Shown piece after piece: positions 1-9,248 of a stretch of 64,000 nt of DNA. The first letter of the stretch is position 1, and each line of letters starts with the position of its first letter. Under the pieces are notes generated by a model. That model was not told the origin of the DNA, searched no databases, and saw nothing but the letters and a program-made list of their open reading frames with translations. A program made the position numbers and the translations under genes. The stretch comes from Candidatus Latescibacterota bacterium (GTDB lineage: Bacteria > Latescibacterota > UBA2968 > GCA-2709665): contig OZ220733.1 of assembly GCA_965116875.1 (NCBI GenBank), forward strand, positions 5,376,001-5,440,000, given 5' to 3'.

Positions 1-352
1 GCGTTGTCGATTATACCACATAATCGCAAATTACAGACCAGGGTTCAAGATCGATTTTGCCCAGGGGATTGTCTGTAAATACCGCTTTTAGCGAGTGTTG
101 CCAGTTTCGAACTGAAGCATTGCCCCGAGATCGCGGTCGCTGATCCTGTCGAAGTTTGCCGAGTGGTACCTGTCAGGTCAGGGTTCCCTACTGCAAGCTC
201 AGGGCAAGTTCCGCGATCCATCGAGAGTTGAGGCTCTTGGGGATATACGGATCTGGAACATCAATAATAAAAGAAACGGGGCGGTCATCACCCCGTCTTG
301 TGTTTCAACGTCCGATGGACATAGGAATCTGGCCAAAGACAGCAAAAAAACG

Positions 353-577
353 TCACAACAAGGCGTTGAATTCATCCACGCTCAATCCTGCCTCACGAAT
401 GATCGCTCGAAGCGTTCCTTTGGCTACGTTTCTATGATTGGGGACTACGATTCGGCGGTAAGGTTTTCGATTCAGTCGCAACACAATGTGGCTACTGCGT
501 TGACGATCGTATTCATAGCCGATCTTTGCCAATGCACCGACAACATTGCGACCGGAGACAACCGGGAGCGGACTCAA
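353..577 (-). CDS. hicA: HicA family toxin (mRNA interferase)
   Basis: 74 aa; ALAKIGYEYDRQRSSHIVL...IVVPNH..VAKGTLRAIIREAGLS is the HicA signature; TTG start. Confidence 0.9.
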   Translation of the reverse strand: MSPLPVVSGRNVVGALAKIGYEYDRQRSSHIVLRLNRKPYRRIVVPNHRNVAKGTLRAIIREAGLSVDEFNALL

Positions 578-584
578 ATCTTAA

Positions 585-774
585 CCTTGATACGTACGTC
601 TTTGGTGACGCTTATTCGAATATGTGCAAGTTGATAAAAGCGATTAAACTGCGGATTGCCAGGATAAACCAGGTCACTGGACATGAAGGGAAAAAACGTC
701 CTTCTATGCGTCGATAACGCCCCGTCCGGAGGGTTTTATCGCGTCACCGCGTTGCTGTTTTTTTCGGATTGAGG
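585..774. mobile_element. MITE family A, copy 1, inserted at the hicB/hicA junction
   Basis: Ends CCTTGAT/ATTGAGG flanked by TTAA (581-584) and TTGA (775-778); interior matches 53913-54104 and partly 6603-6819. Confidence 0.85.
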
Positions 775-989
775 TTGATCTCAACGATTTCTTCCGTAAT
801 CGCGGGTGGAATCGGGTCCCCGTGGGCTTCCAGACTCTCGATGTAAAGCTCCATTGCCGCCTGCACATTGGCCAGGGCTTCGTTTCGAGTAGGACCCTGC
901 GAAACGCAACCCGGCAAGGCCGGAACCTCTGCGACGAAAATACCGTCTTCATCCTGCTCAATGAGTACCCTGAATTTGAAATTGCTCAT
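744..989 (-). CDS. hicB: HicB family antitoxin (short form); C-terminus altered by the MITE
   Basis: FRVLIEQDEDGIFVAEVPALPGCVSQGPTRNEALANVQAAMELYIE motif; ATG at 989 preceded by GAGG. Confidence 0.9.
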   Translation of the reverse strand: MSNFKFRVLIEQDEDGIFVAEVPALPGCVSQGPTRNEALANVQAAMELYIESLEAHGDPIPPAITEEIVEINLNPKKTATR

Positions 990-1270
990 TTCGGTGGCCT
1001 CAGTGATCGTTTCTTCGTTCCATTCATACACTTCAACTCAAGAAAGATAGCCATTATTCAAAATCGTTGCAATCAGAATTGGGGTTCTTGATGACTTGCC
1101 GCCAGAAGATCTGAAAAGCCATTTCTCAGCGATAGGAGCGAGTTCCTTACGCCACGACTGGCTGGTCTGATTGCGTCCCATCTGCCTCAGGTGTCTTGGC
1201 TATTTGGCACCAAGAGTCGAAATCAGCGACAAGCCCCGGCCCGATCATCGCGTTTCGCCAGCGGGGTTCC

Positions 1271-1654
1271 TTATAGCGGTTGCCCTATGTCTATTCGATT
1301 GCCATCGGGATCCGCGATGACGAAGTCCCGCAGACCATATTGCTGATCGCGCAGACCCTTGACAATCCGTACTCCCGAGTTGCTGAGGTGATTGTAAAGC
1401 GCGTTCGCATCACTCACCTTCAGGTGCGCGACATTGTGTATCTGTGGTTTCTTGTCGCGACACAATGACAGATGCAACTCGGCCCGGTCGTTCTTCATGA
1501 TCACAAACCCGATCGGATTCCCGTTCTCGAACGTCTTGTGCATTCCCAACATCGACGTGTAGAATGAAACGGACTCTTCGATATTGCTGACTGCGATACA
1601 GGGGGCCATGCGGCCCAGTTCAACGGAATTCGGGAAATTCGATGAATCGCCCAT
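1271..1654 (-). CDS. VOC/glyoxalase/bleomycin-resistance family protein
   Basis: 127 aa; VSNIEESVSFY...YGLRDFVIADPDGNRIDIGQ; AGGAGG RBS. Confidence 0.85.
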   Translation of the reverse strand: MGDSSNFPNSVELGRMAPCIAVSNIEESVSFYTSMLGMHKTFENGNPIGFVIMKNDRAELHLSLCRDKKPQIHNVAHLKVSDANALYNHLSNSGVRIVKGLRDQQYGLRDFVIADPDGNRIDIGQPL

Positions 1655-1674
1655 GAGCGCTACCTCCTTCGTTG

Positions 1675-1823
1675 GCCAAACGATCCGGAACTGAGGCAGT
1701 GCTCAATGCAGGACAGTGGCCGGTTTCTTGGAAATCCGAGGCGGTGCTCGGTGCGATGATCGGGCCGGGTGTTACTTTTGCAGATGGTGAAACGCCTGCT
1801 CGCTGTTCCAGGTTGCGTTAAAC
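1675..1823 (-). repeat. Divergent attC-like site
   Basis: Coding strand GTTTAAC..TGGAACAG ... CAGTTCCGGATC-GTTTGGC just upstream of the VOC gene. Confidence 0.35.
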
Positions 1824-2314
1824 CTTGACTATGCATTTCGTTCGGTTGGCTCCGATTACGCGTACGGATTTTGAAGAATCCGTGCGAACCTTCCTGCGTT
1901 CTACTACGTCATGAAGTCAGGAGGGAATAGACCGAATGCATCCACAACCGCCCATAAAACTGGTCAGGCAATCCTTACATGGAAACCCCGAGGCGTTTGT
2001 TTCCGTTATCCGGCACTTCGAAGATAGACTGGCGGCCCTCATCAGATACTTCGTTGACGATGAAGACGATGCGGCAGACGTGCTTCAGGATACGCTCGTA
2101 CAGGCGTGGGCTACGCAACACCAACTTCGGGATCCGTCCAGGTTCGGTCCGTGGCTCTTCCAGATCGCGAGAAACCGCTCCCGTGACTTCCTTAGACGAA
2201 AGCACAGAAGAGAACTGCCGACTTCGCAATATGAGCTGGAGCGGATCCTGAATAAGACACGGACGCCGCTCCACAATCATACTGAATCGGTTTGGCGGAT
2301 CAGGCACGCACTAG

Positions 2315-4180
2315 ACCTTAAATAAGCGAGTATTGTTGTTTGTTGAGCCGAAGGGCGCATTTTGGTGCGTTTGGGTTGATGAGAGCAATGGTGCCTGGCA
2401 AATGGTGATGGCGTGAGGTCGTACAGAGGTCTGTCGAGGTGAGTTTGCTGTGTAAAGCGACCGGTTGTGTGTGATTTGGGCGTAAGGGTCCGTTGCGTGA
2501 TGATGGACGCGAACGCTGTGGTGATCTGCGGTCATCCTTCGAGTTGGTGTCAGGTGAAGCCGGTGCGTTCGATGGTGGCCCAGGCGCTTAGGAGTCTGCT
2601 CAGGGACGGCTGATAGCCGATGATGCGCACGGTGGTGCTTCGCGCGTTTCTCACCACACGACAGGGAAACAGGATGATGTGGTTGAGGAAGGTGCGAAAG
2701 TCCATCCGGATATAGTGCCGGCGGTGTTTGATGCGATGCATCATCATGGCAAACCACGACTTGATGTTCCAGGCCAGTGCGGCGATGACCATGTAAGCCC
2801 AGTTACTGATCAGGTCATACATGGGCACGCGCAGGGCGTTGACACCGTTTTTGAGTTGTTCGATGACGTTTTCCTGGTCGCAACGTTTGTTGGCCGCAAA
2901 GACGACTTCGGCAGGTGTGAGGTCGTGGCGCGTGGTGATGTAGAAGAAATACCGGATATTGTCGAAGAGGGTCTGCTCGCCTTTCGTCTTGGAGATGTTT
3001 TTTCTCACGGCCACGACGCGGTAGGTCCGTTCGCACTTGCCGGGCTGATAGTCAAACTGTGCCACGTCTTCGAACTTGAGCGCCAGGGTGAGGTAGCCCC
3101 GCGCCTTGACGATGCGCTGCTTCTCATTGTCCCGTCGGTGCCTTTTCTGTGGCGCGACAGGCCGGTGCAGGCGATGCCAGGCCGCTTCGTCAAGCGCCTC
3201 GGCCCGTGTTCGCAAGGCCTCGTTGGCGTCCATGCCGAAGATGAAATCGACGTTTTTGGCCCAGCGATCGAAGTGACCGGTGAGCGAAAAATCCGTGTCG
3301 CCGCGCAGGCATACGCGCCCTGCGTGGGGCTTCACCAAGGAGATGGCCGCATCGATCCAGGATGCGGCGCCCTGGTGAGAAGACGCGTTGCCCGGACGGT
3401 TGACCACATACAGCACCTCTTTGGTATTGGCCAACGACACGATCAAAGGCGCATATCCCCACACGCCCTTGTAGGAAATGTCCATACCGGCTTTCTTCTG
3501 CCCATACGTTGGCGCACTGGTGCCATCCACGTCGATGTATGCCACCCCTGCCAGGTCTCGGGTAGCGCGTGTGCGCCACAACTTGGCGCGTACCGCGTTA
3601 ATGCAATCCATCAGCTCGATCACGTCGGCCTCGGTGAAGCGACGTGTGAAGTCACCCGTGGTCGTCGGATCCGGGATCAGATCCGCGTTCAAGGCATTCA
3701 TGTAGGCCACGTCATGTCGCAAACGCTCGATATCTTCCAGACGCGTGCCGCCGCACATGATGTTGTAGGAAAGGTTCAACACATGATCCGACTCGTGATA
3801 CGGCAGATGCACCTTCAACAACTGCAACCTCGCGTCGATTTCCTTGACCAAGCCCAACTTCGTCACCAGGCGATGCACCGCCGTGATGCCACCGTAGCTC
3901 ATCGCGTGCCCATCTGCGCTGACCTCGTAATGTACACGCGTGCTGCCAAACATCGGCTTGCCTTGCGCACAAAAGCGACTCGCGCGCTTCTGCCGTACAT
4001 GTACCTTGCGCCCACATTTTGTACTGTTCCTGCGGCTTTCTCTTACCGATATTCTTTTCACCGGAAAGGCCCCCTTCGTTGGAGTAGCAATTTCCCGTCC
4101 GAGACTGCTAACTTCAACAAAGATAAGTCTTTCCGGTACTTTTATACATTTAAATCTGAAATAACTCGCTTAATTAGAGA
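2315..4180 (-). mobile_element. IS1380-family insertion sequence
   Basis: CTAG target duplication at 2311-2314 and 4181-4184; subterminal IR TAAATAAGCGAGT / ACTCGCTTAATTA; single transposase ORF. Confidence 0.9.
2550..4061 (-). CDS. IS1380-family DDE transposase
   Basis: YIDVDGT, LRGDTDF and RCDQENVIEQLKNG motifs. Confidence 0.9.
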   Translation of the reverse strand: MKRISVRESRRNSTKCGRKVHVRQKRASRFCAQGKPMFGSTRVHYEVSADGHAMSYGGITAVHRLVTKLGLVKEIDARLQLLKVHLPYHESDHVLNLSYNIMCGGTRLEDIERLRHDVAYMNALNADLIPDPTTTGDFTRRFTEADVIELMDCINAVRAKLWRTRATRDLAGVAYIDVDGTSAPTYGQKKAGMDISYKGVWGYAPLIVSLANTKEVLYVVNRPGNASSHQGAASWIDAAISLVKPHAGRVCLRGDTDFSLTGHFDRWAKNVDFIFGMDANEALRTRAEALDEAAWHRLHRPVAPQKRHRRDNEKQRIVKARGYLTLALKFEDVAQFDYQPGKCERTYRVVAVRKNISKTKGEQTLFDNIRYFFYITTRHDLTPAEVVFAANKRCDQENVIEQLKNGVNALRVPMYDLISNWAYMVIAALAWNIKSWFAMMMHRIKHRRHYIRMDFRTFLNHIILFPCRVVRNARSTTVRIIGYQPSLSRLLSAWATIERTGFT

Positions 4181-5183
4181 CTAGAGAAGATACCAGATTA
4201 CGAAGCTGACGCCATCAAAGACTTCTACTTGAAAGGACTCAAGATTTCAGAAATCGCAACCCGTACCGGACGCCCCGACGGCACTATCAAACGCAGGCTT
4301 TCAACCGGACGCAGTCGAATACGGGATGTACTGGGCGTCTCAGCACAGAGATGGAGGTCAAAAATAAAGGCATCCGGCACTCAGGAGATCACGCATCGAT
4401 TTCCTGAAAAACGGCCCACGATTCAAATCAAGAGATCCGAACGTCCGCCGTTTTCTGTTGACTGCCAGGAGCTTAGATGGTGGTTCGCCGTACCAAGAGG
4501 TGACGAGTCGGTGCTCGCAGCTACATACAATCCAATTCCGTGGACATTGACGTCGGTGATGAGAATGGAGGCAACCGGTATCGCCGAGGTCCATGGAGTC
4601 AAAGGGATCGAAATCGAGGTCACCGAATTCGAAACGCAGACGTCCCTGACAAGCAGGGTCTGCACAATCGTCGGACGCCTGACCGAAGAGAAGGCTCAGT
4701 ACCTGGCTGTCTTTCAGCGGAACGGAAAGTTCAGTGTCGAAACGTTCCTGAGTGAGGCCTTCTGGCGGGATTCCAAGCGAAGGCTTGAACCTCAGGGGTC
4801 TATCGACGAGGTGGCGCCCCGGGAATTTGCCAGAACCGATGAATCCTGTGATGAGTCCGGGGCCGGGAATCACGAAGTCCGAATTGACGGTCGTTTGTTC
4901 ACGTGTTTACGGGTTCTCGAGCTTGAGGGAGTTCCCGAAGAGCCTGATTCCGTCTTCACGGAGAGCTTCCTGACATCCGAAGGCCGTACCCTACTCAGGA
5001 GACACTTCTGCCACCCTGAATGCGAAGACGTCTCCGTGGATCAATCCGTTGATGTCGAAGTGGACGGCGCCAGATTCGTACACTGGTACGATAATCTCAC
5101 GGAAATTGCACTTCGGTTGCCTTGATTCGGGCTTGTTCACGATGTCTTTCTGCCGCGGTCGGCACACCAGTCGCCTCTGACTT

Positions 5184-5732
5184 CTATGTGTTTCGGGTCC
5201 GTTTCATTTCATACGCGAATTGGTACAGTTCCCCGAAGTCCGCAGACTCGGGACCGAACAGTTCCGCCGCTCTTCTGTAGTGTATGGTCCGAACGTCCAC
5301 GATCCTGCTATCCTGGTCCGGATCGAATCTCTCGGATGTGTTCTGAACCACGTCCGCACATGAGACGACCCGAACGTGTTCCGGGTGCGGAAGGTGGGAC
5401 AGCCTGGCTTTGTCACTCCGAGAGACGCTGTAGTACATGCCTATGGGATGCAGGTCTCCGAGGATACGACCCGTCTCCTCCATCAGCTCTCGGCGCCCGG
5501 CCTCCTCCCATGTCTCGCCCGGTTCGAGCGTGCCTCCCGGCAGGACCCATTTCCCGTTAGCCCGTCTGGTGACGAGGCATTGACTGTTGGAGACGAAGGG
5601 AATGACGTACGAAGAGCCGCAGATCGTCGAGGCCAGTCCCTCTTCGAATCTGCGGAAGACGGCATCGGGGCGTGGCAGTCTCTGCTCACCACTCAGGATG
5701 GGGTATTTCAATATAAGCTTGTCGAATCCCAT
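5184..5732 (-). CDS. NUDIX hydrolase
   Basis: Nudix box GGTLEPGETWEEAGRRELMEETG. Confidence 0.9.
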   Translation of the reverse strand: MGFDKLILKYPILSGEQRLPRPDAVFRRFEEGLASTICGSSYVIPFVSNSQCLVTRRANGKWVLPGGTLEPGETWEEAGRRELMEETGRILGDLHPIGMYYSVSRSDKARLSHLPHPEHVRVVSCADVVQNTSERFDPDQDSRIVDVRTIHYRRAAELFGPESADFGELYQFAYEMKRTRNT

Positions 5733-5810
5733 CTTCAGGCCGCGTCAGGTTGTCCATCACCGCGCTGTCCACCTTCAGCATAAGTTAGAATGAACTGCAC
5801 TGCGTCCGTT

Positions 5811-6491
5811 TCAGATCTCGCCCCAACTCTTGAGCAGGTCCGGATCGGCGCCGCCCTGTGCCAGTATGGGGATCAGGTGCGCGTGTTTCATCCTGACGGC
5901 CGCATCGCACAAGAGCCGAGTGTACGGCTTCACGAGCGCGCCCTCGCTGATCAGCCATCGTGCGAGTTGCTCGTGGCCTCCCGTTACCGCAAAGTGCAGC
6001 GGTGTCACACGCCAGACGGAGTCTTCGTCCTGTTCCCTGGTTAATAGACGCGAATCCGCCTGCAGGCACTGCTTTACGCGGTCCACGTCCCCCAGGTAAC
6101 ACGCCGAATAGATGTCCATGACGGAACCCGCTTTTTCTAGCATCCTGGCGATTTCCAGCCTGCGATAGCGCCGCGCGATACAATAGGGCTTCAGGAGTAC
6201 CGGAATCTCCGCGCGAGTCCGACCGGGGACGTTGGGATCGGCTCCCGCTTTCAACAAAAACCGCACGACATTCATCCGGTTGCCGCGCGTCGCTTCCCAC
6301 AGAAACGTCCGGTTGTGCCCGCCGCTCTTCGCCAGCAGTAGCGACGGGTCCCGCTTGAAATGCCGCTTTACAGCGTTCAGATCTCCCCGCCGGACTTCCT
6401 TGAGTATCTTGTCGATACCGAAGCGGCCGCTATGTCCTGAACGCGGCTTGGTTTCATTTCCCCATCCGTGGTCGTCGGCCTTCGTACCCAT
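5811..6491 (-). CDS. Ankyrin repeat protein
   Basis: VVRFLLKAGADPN; TPLHFAVTGGHEQLARWLISEGA. Confidence 0.85.
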   Translation of the reverse strand: MGTKADDHGWGNETKPRSGHSGRFGIDKILKEVRRGDLNAVKRHFKRDPSLLLAKSGGHNRTFLWEATRGNRMNVVRFLLKAGADPNVPGRTRAEIPVLLKPYCIARRYRRLEIARMLEKAGSVMDIYSACYLGDVDRVKQCLQADSRLLTREQDEDSVWRVTPLHFAVTGGHEQLARWLISEGALVKPYTRLLCDAAVRMKHAHLIPILAQGGADPDLLKSWGEI

Positions 6492-6602
6492 CGTCTGTGT
6501 TCCTGCTGGCGCGGACAGTGAGGTCTGCTGATGTCCTCACCGGTTTGCTGACTGCGACTCCGGTCGCCGAGTCATGTCTGGGCTTATCAAACGGAAGCCC
6601 AA

Positions 6603-6819
6603 CCTTGATTCGCGATTATTCTGGGACCTGAATGTCGAATATATACAGTAGAACAAAGGCGAATTGATGTCAAAGATCCCAGACACTTGAGGTCACTGGA
6701 CGTGAACGGAAATTTCATCCATTTGTACGACCTCGATGCCCCGCTCTTACGCCGATTCCTTCTGTGCCTTTTGTGCCTTTTGTGGTAAGTCTTGCCGTTG
6801 CCTTTTTTCTGGATTAAGG
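6603..6819. mobile_element. MITE family A, copy 2 (diverged)
   Basis: CCTTGATTCG...GGTCACTGGACGTGAA...GTTGCCTTTTTTCTGGATTAAGG flanked by CCAA/CTAA; carries an extra TGTGCCTTT tandem. Confidence 0.7.
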
Positions 6820-6833
6820 CTAATGGTTTCCCA

Positions 6834-7778
6834 CTACCGTAGCGGTTTCACCAGGCCATAATCCACCAGTTGTCGCACCCTGTACCCAGCGCCGAAATAG
6901 ATCTCCTGGGCCGGATTGTTCAGTCCGGTATGGAGCGTATTGCGTACCACACCGCGTTTCTTGAACTCCGCACACATCAGATTGAACAGCACTGTTCCGA
7001 TCTTGCCACGCCGGTAGTCGGGATGCGTCCCGATCCCCGTAAAACTACTCCTTCCATCCGTTCCAACGCGGACGGGACCGGCAAAACCAACCACCGCCGG
7101 CCCATCCGTCGCGATCAGCACGGGATAGGGCGGATCGCCGTCCAGACAGGACTCTACAGAAGCCTCCCAGCCACCCGGGAACAGTGCCTCCATAAACTCA
7201 CACAGCGCCTCCCGATGTTCTGCCTCGCAAAACCCGAACAGGATGCCACGAGATCGGTTGTCTTCGATGTAGCTTTTAATCTCATCCTGAAGCTCAAACT
7301 CCGCGAACGTTGTTTCCATAAACAGACTCACCGACCCGCGGTTGCGGAATCCCTGATTCAGGAAAAACGTATAGGCCGGCGTCTTCATATCGACGCCTGT
7401 CGCGAATGTGATCGGATTGCCCTTGTATCCGATACGCATCTCCATCTTGCCGCAACCAGATAGAAATCTCTCCGCGGCATTCGCGAGCCTGCCCCCAACC
7501 CCGATTCGCCGATAATCCGAATCCACCACCAACACGCTGAGGTAGCCCGTCTCTCCGGGACCGGGCGCGACGGCCAGCACGAACCCCACAACCCTGCCTT
7601 CCACCTTCGCTGTAATCGCCCCCTCCGGCTCAAAGTCCGGATGCGCCAGGACCCGTTGACGAAATCCGGCTTCATCGATCCGGAATTCGTATTTCCGGTC
7701 CGCGAACACCCTCTGCCAGAGGTCCATCACCTGCGCCAGGTCTTCGTCTCTCCAGGATGCAATTGATAAGGCGCTCAT
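6834..7778 (-). CDS. Tandem (two-domain) GNAT N-acetyltransferase
   Basis: Two acetyl-CoA motifs (VDSDYRRIGVG; THPDYRRGKIG); likely start MSALSI at 7778. Confidence 0.85.
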   Translation of the reverse strand: MSALSIASWRDEDLAQVMDLWQRVFADRKYEFRIDEAGFRQRVLAHPDFEPEGAITAKVEGRVVGFVLAVAPGPGETGYLSVLVVDSDYRRIGVGGRLANAAERFLSGCGKMEMRIGYKGNPITFATGVDMKTPAYTFFLNQGFRNRGSVSLFMETTFAEFELQDEIKSYIEDNRSRGILFGFCEAEHREALCEFMEALFPGGWEASVESCLDGDPPYPVLIATDGPAVVGFAGPVRVGTDGRSSFTGIGTHPDYRRGKIGTVLFNLMCAEFKKRGVVRNTLHTGLNNPAQEIYFGAGYRVRQLVDYGLVKPLR

Positions 7779-7797
7779 TTCCAATCCACCAATCCGT

Positions 7798-8193
7798 TTA
7801 ACTTCCTGGGAGGTAAGCGACAGCTTCGATCTCGACCAGGTAATCGGGGTGCGCGAGGCCGCTGACGAACAATAGCGTATTCGGCGGGAACGCGTCCGTG
7901 AAGAAGCGGTTTCGGACACGGCGAAAGGCATCCAGATGACCGCGATCGGTCAGATAGGTGGTCAGCTTGACGATGTCTTCAAGACTCCCGCCGAGTTCCT
8001 CCAGGATGGCCTCAAGATTCGCGTAGACCTGGTGAGTCTGCGCCTCGACGTCGCCCTTCCCTACCAGGTTGCCGCCCGGGTTCAGGGCGATCTGACCGGC
8101 GATGAACACGGTGTCGCCCGCCTTCGCTACGTGCGAGTACCCCACCCCCGCCGTCGAGTGTACGCTTGCCGGATGTATGATCTCGCGGGCCAT
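7798..8193 (-). CDS. RidA/YjgF family protein
   Basis: YSHVAKAGDTVFIAGQIA...DIVKLTTYLTD...LVEIEAVA. Confidence 0.9.
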   Translation of the reverse strand: MAREIIHPASVHSTAGVGYSHVAKAGDTVFIAGQIALNPGGNLVGKGDVEAQTHQVYANLEAILEELGGSLEDIVKLTTYLTDRGHLDAFRRVRNRFFTDAFPPNTLLFVSGLAHPDYLVEIEAVAYLPGS

Positions 8194-8309
8194 TGCTATC
8201 CGCCTCCTGTGAAATTTGCAGTGTTAAGCACCTGGCGCGGCTTCGTGATGTTCAGCCGCAACGATATAGGTGGCAGGGATCGCGCGCGCCTGTCTGATGG
8301 ACGAATTAC

Positions 8310-8590
8310 TCCCCCCTTGAGGGGGAGTCGCAGAAGCCGAGCCGTCCCCTGAGCCCTGTCCTGAGCTAGTCGATGGGTCGAAGGGTTGATGAATCGCAGG
8401 CATTTCGACATCTCGACAAGCTCAATGCAGGCATGTTCAATGACCACGCGTAATCCAGTTTATTGGAGGTCACTAAGCCGCTTTAAGGTGAACCCTAACC
8501 TGCCCAGAACCCCTCCGTGAGCACGCGCCCTGCTTGTGCGACTTGCACTGAGCTTGTCGAAGGGGCGGCGACGGCTGATGCGGTGGGGGG
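8310..8590. repeat. Composite REP-like element, inverted homolog of 27401-27795
   Basis: CCCCCTTGAGGGGG palindrome, GAGCTTGTCGAA units and GACGGCTGATGCGGTGG end, shared in reverse complement with 27401-27795. Confidence 0.75.
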
Positions 8591-8717
8591 AATACAAGAC
8601 CATAGAATATTCTGACAGCGAGATGAGAAATGTACACAATTTGCGTTGAAATCTTACTGTAAGACTTTCAGGATGCGTTCGTGGCGCGAGCCATGAATGC
8701 GCCCGACGGATTGTATT

Positions 8718-9128
8718 TCACGTTCTTCCAGTCAACCTTGCACCAATCCAGGCCATCGGAATGTACGCGCCAACCAGATCCACGACGCTAAACAGGACAG
8801 GTCCACCTATCATGAAGGTGTTCGCGATGCCGCCGATGAGGAAAAATCCGCCCACCACCAACGCCACTGCCAACCTGCAGCTTGCGGCGATGAGCGCGGC
8901 GAGATATGCGCCCACAAGGGTCCCCAGCGCATGGGCCAGGAACGGGAATATGAAATGCCGGAATTCGAACAGATGCATGGAAGATTTTATGGATTCCACG
9001 TCGGTCACGTCGACTCCCTCAGGCGGTGGAATAACATAAGGCCCTACCGTGACCAGGTTCATATTCGCGATACTGCCGACAACAACACCAACGATGACTG
9101 CCAGGACGTTCTTCAGCTTGGACTTCAT
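8718..9128 (-). CDS. Small integral membrane protein
   Basis: 136 aa with about four hydrophobic segments; GAGGTG RBS. Confidence 0.75.
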   Translation of the reverse strand: MKSKLKNVLAVIVGVVVGSIANMNLVTVGPYVIPPPEGVDVTDVESIKSSMHLFEFRHFIFPFLAHALGTLVGAYLAALIAASCRLAVALVVGGFFLIGGIANTFMIGGPVLFSVVDLVGAYIPMAWIGARLTGRT

Positions 9129-9159
9129 GGTTCACCTCGTGAGTTAAAACTGCATTTGG

Positions 9160-9237
9160 CGGGCGCCCACAAGGGACGCCCCTACAATGTTAGGGGGAGT
9201 CGATCAGGGCTGTGGTAGGGCGTTGGGACATGTCGCC
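9160..9237. repeat. REP doublet (GTAGGGGCG-type)
   Basis: GGGCGCCCACAAGGGACGCCCCTAC followed by a degenerate inverted copy GTAGGGCG...CGCC. Confidence 0.6.
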
Positions 9238-9248
9238 TGCCGCTCCAT

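Larger units (their letters stand above)
1936..5125 (+). pseudogene. ECF sigma-70 factor with long C-terminal extension, interrupted by IS1380
   Basis: 1936-2310 encodes region 2 (DAADVLQDT..FGPWLFQIARNRSRD). Removing the IS and one CTAG restores HALEKIPDYEADAIKDFYLKGLKISEIA...GTIKRRLSTGR (region 4), about 439 aa in total. Confidence 0.9.

Noticed and set aside
2679-4184. 501-aa plus-strand ORF
   Set aside because: Antisense shadow of the IS1380 transposase with no recognisable motifs.
8196-8447. Two small ORFs starting MVIEHACIELVEMSKC (also at 27618)
   Set aside because: Translations of the REP-like composite repeat, not supported as proteins.
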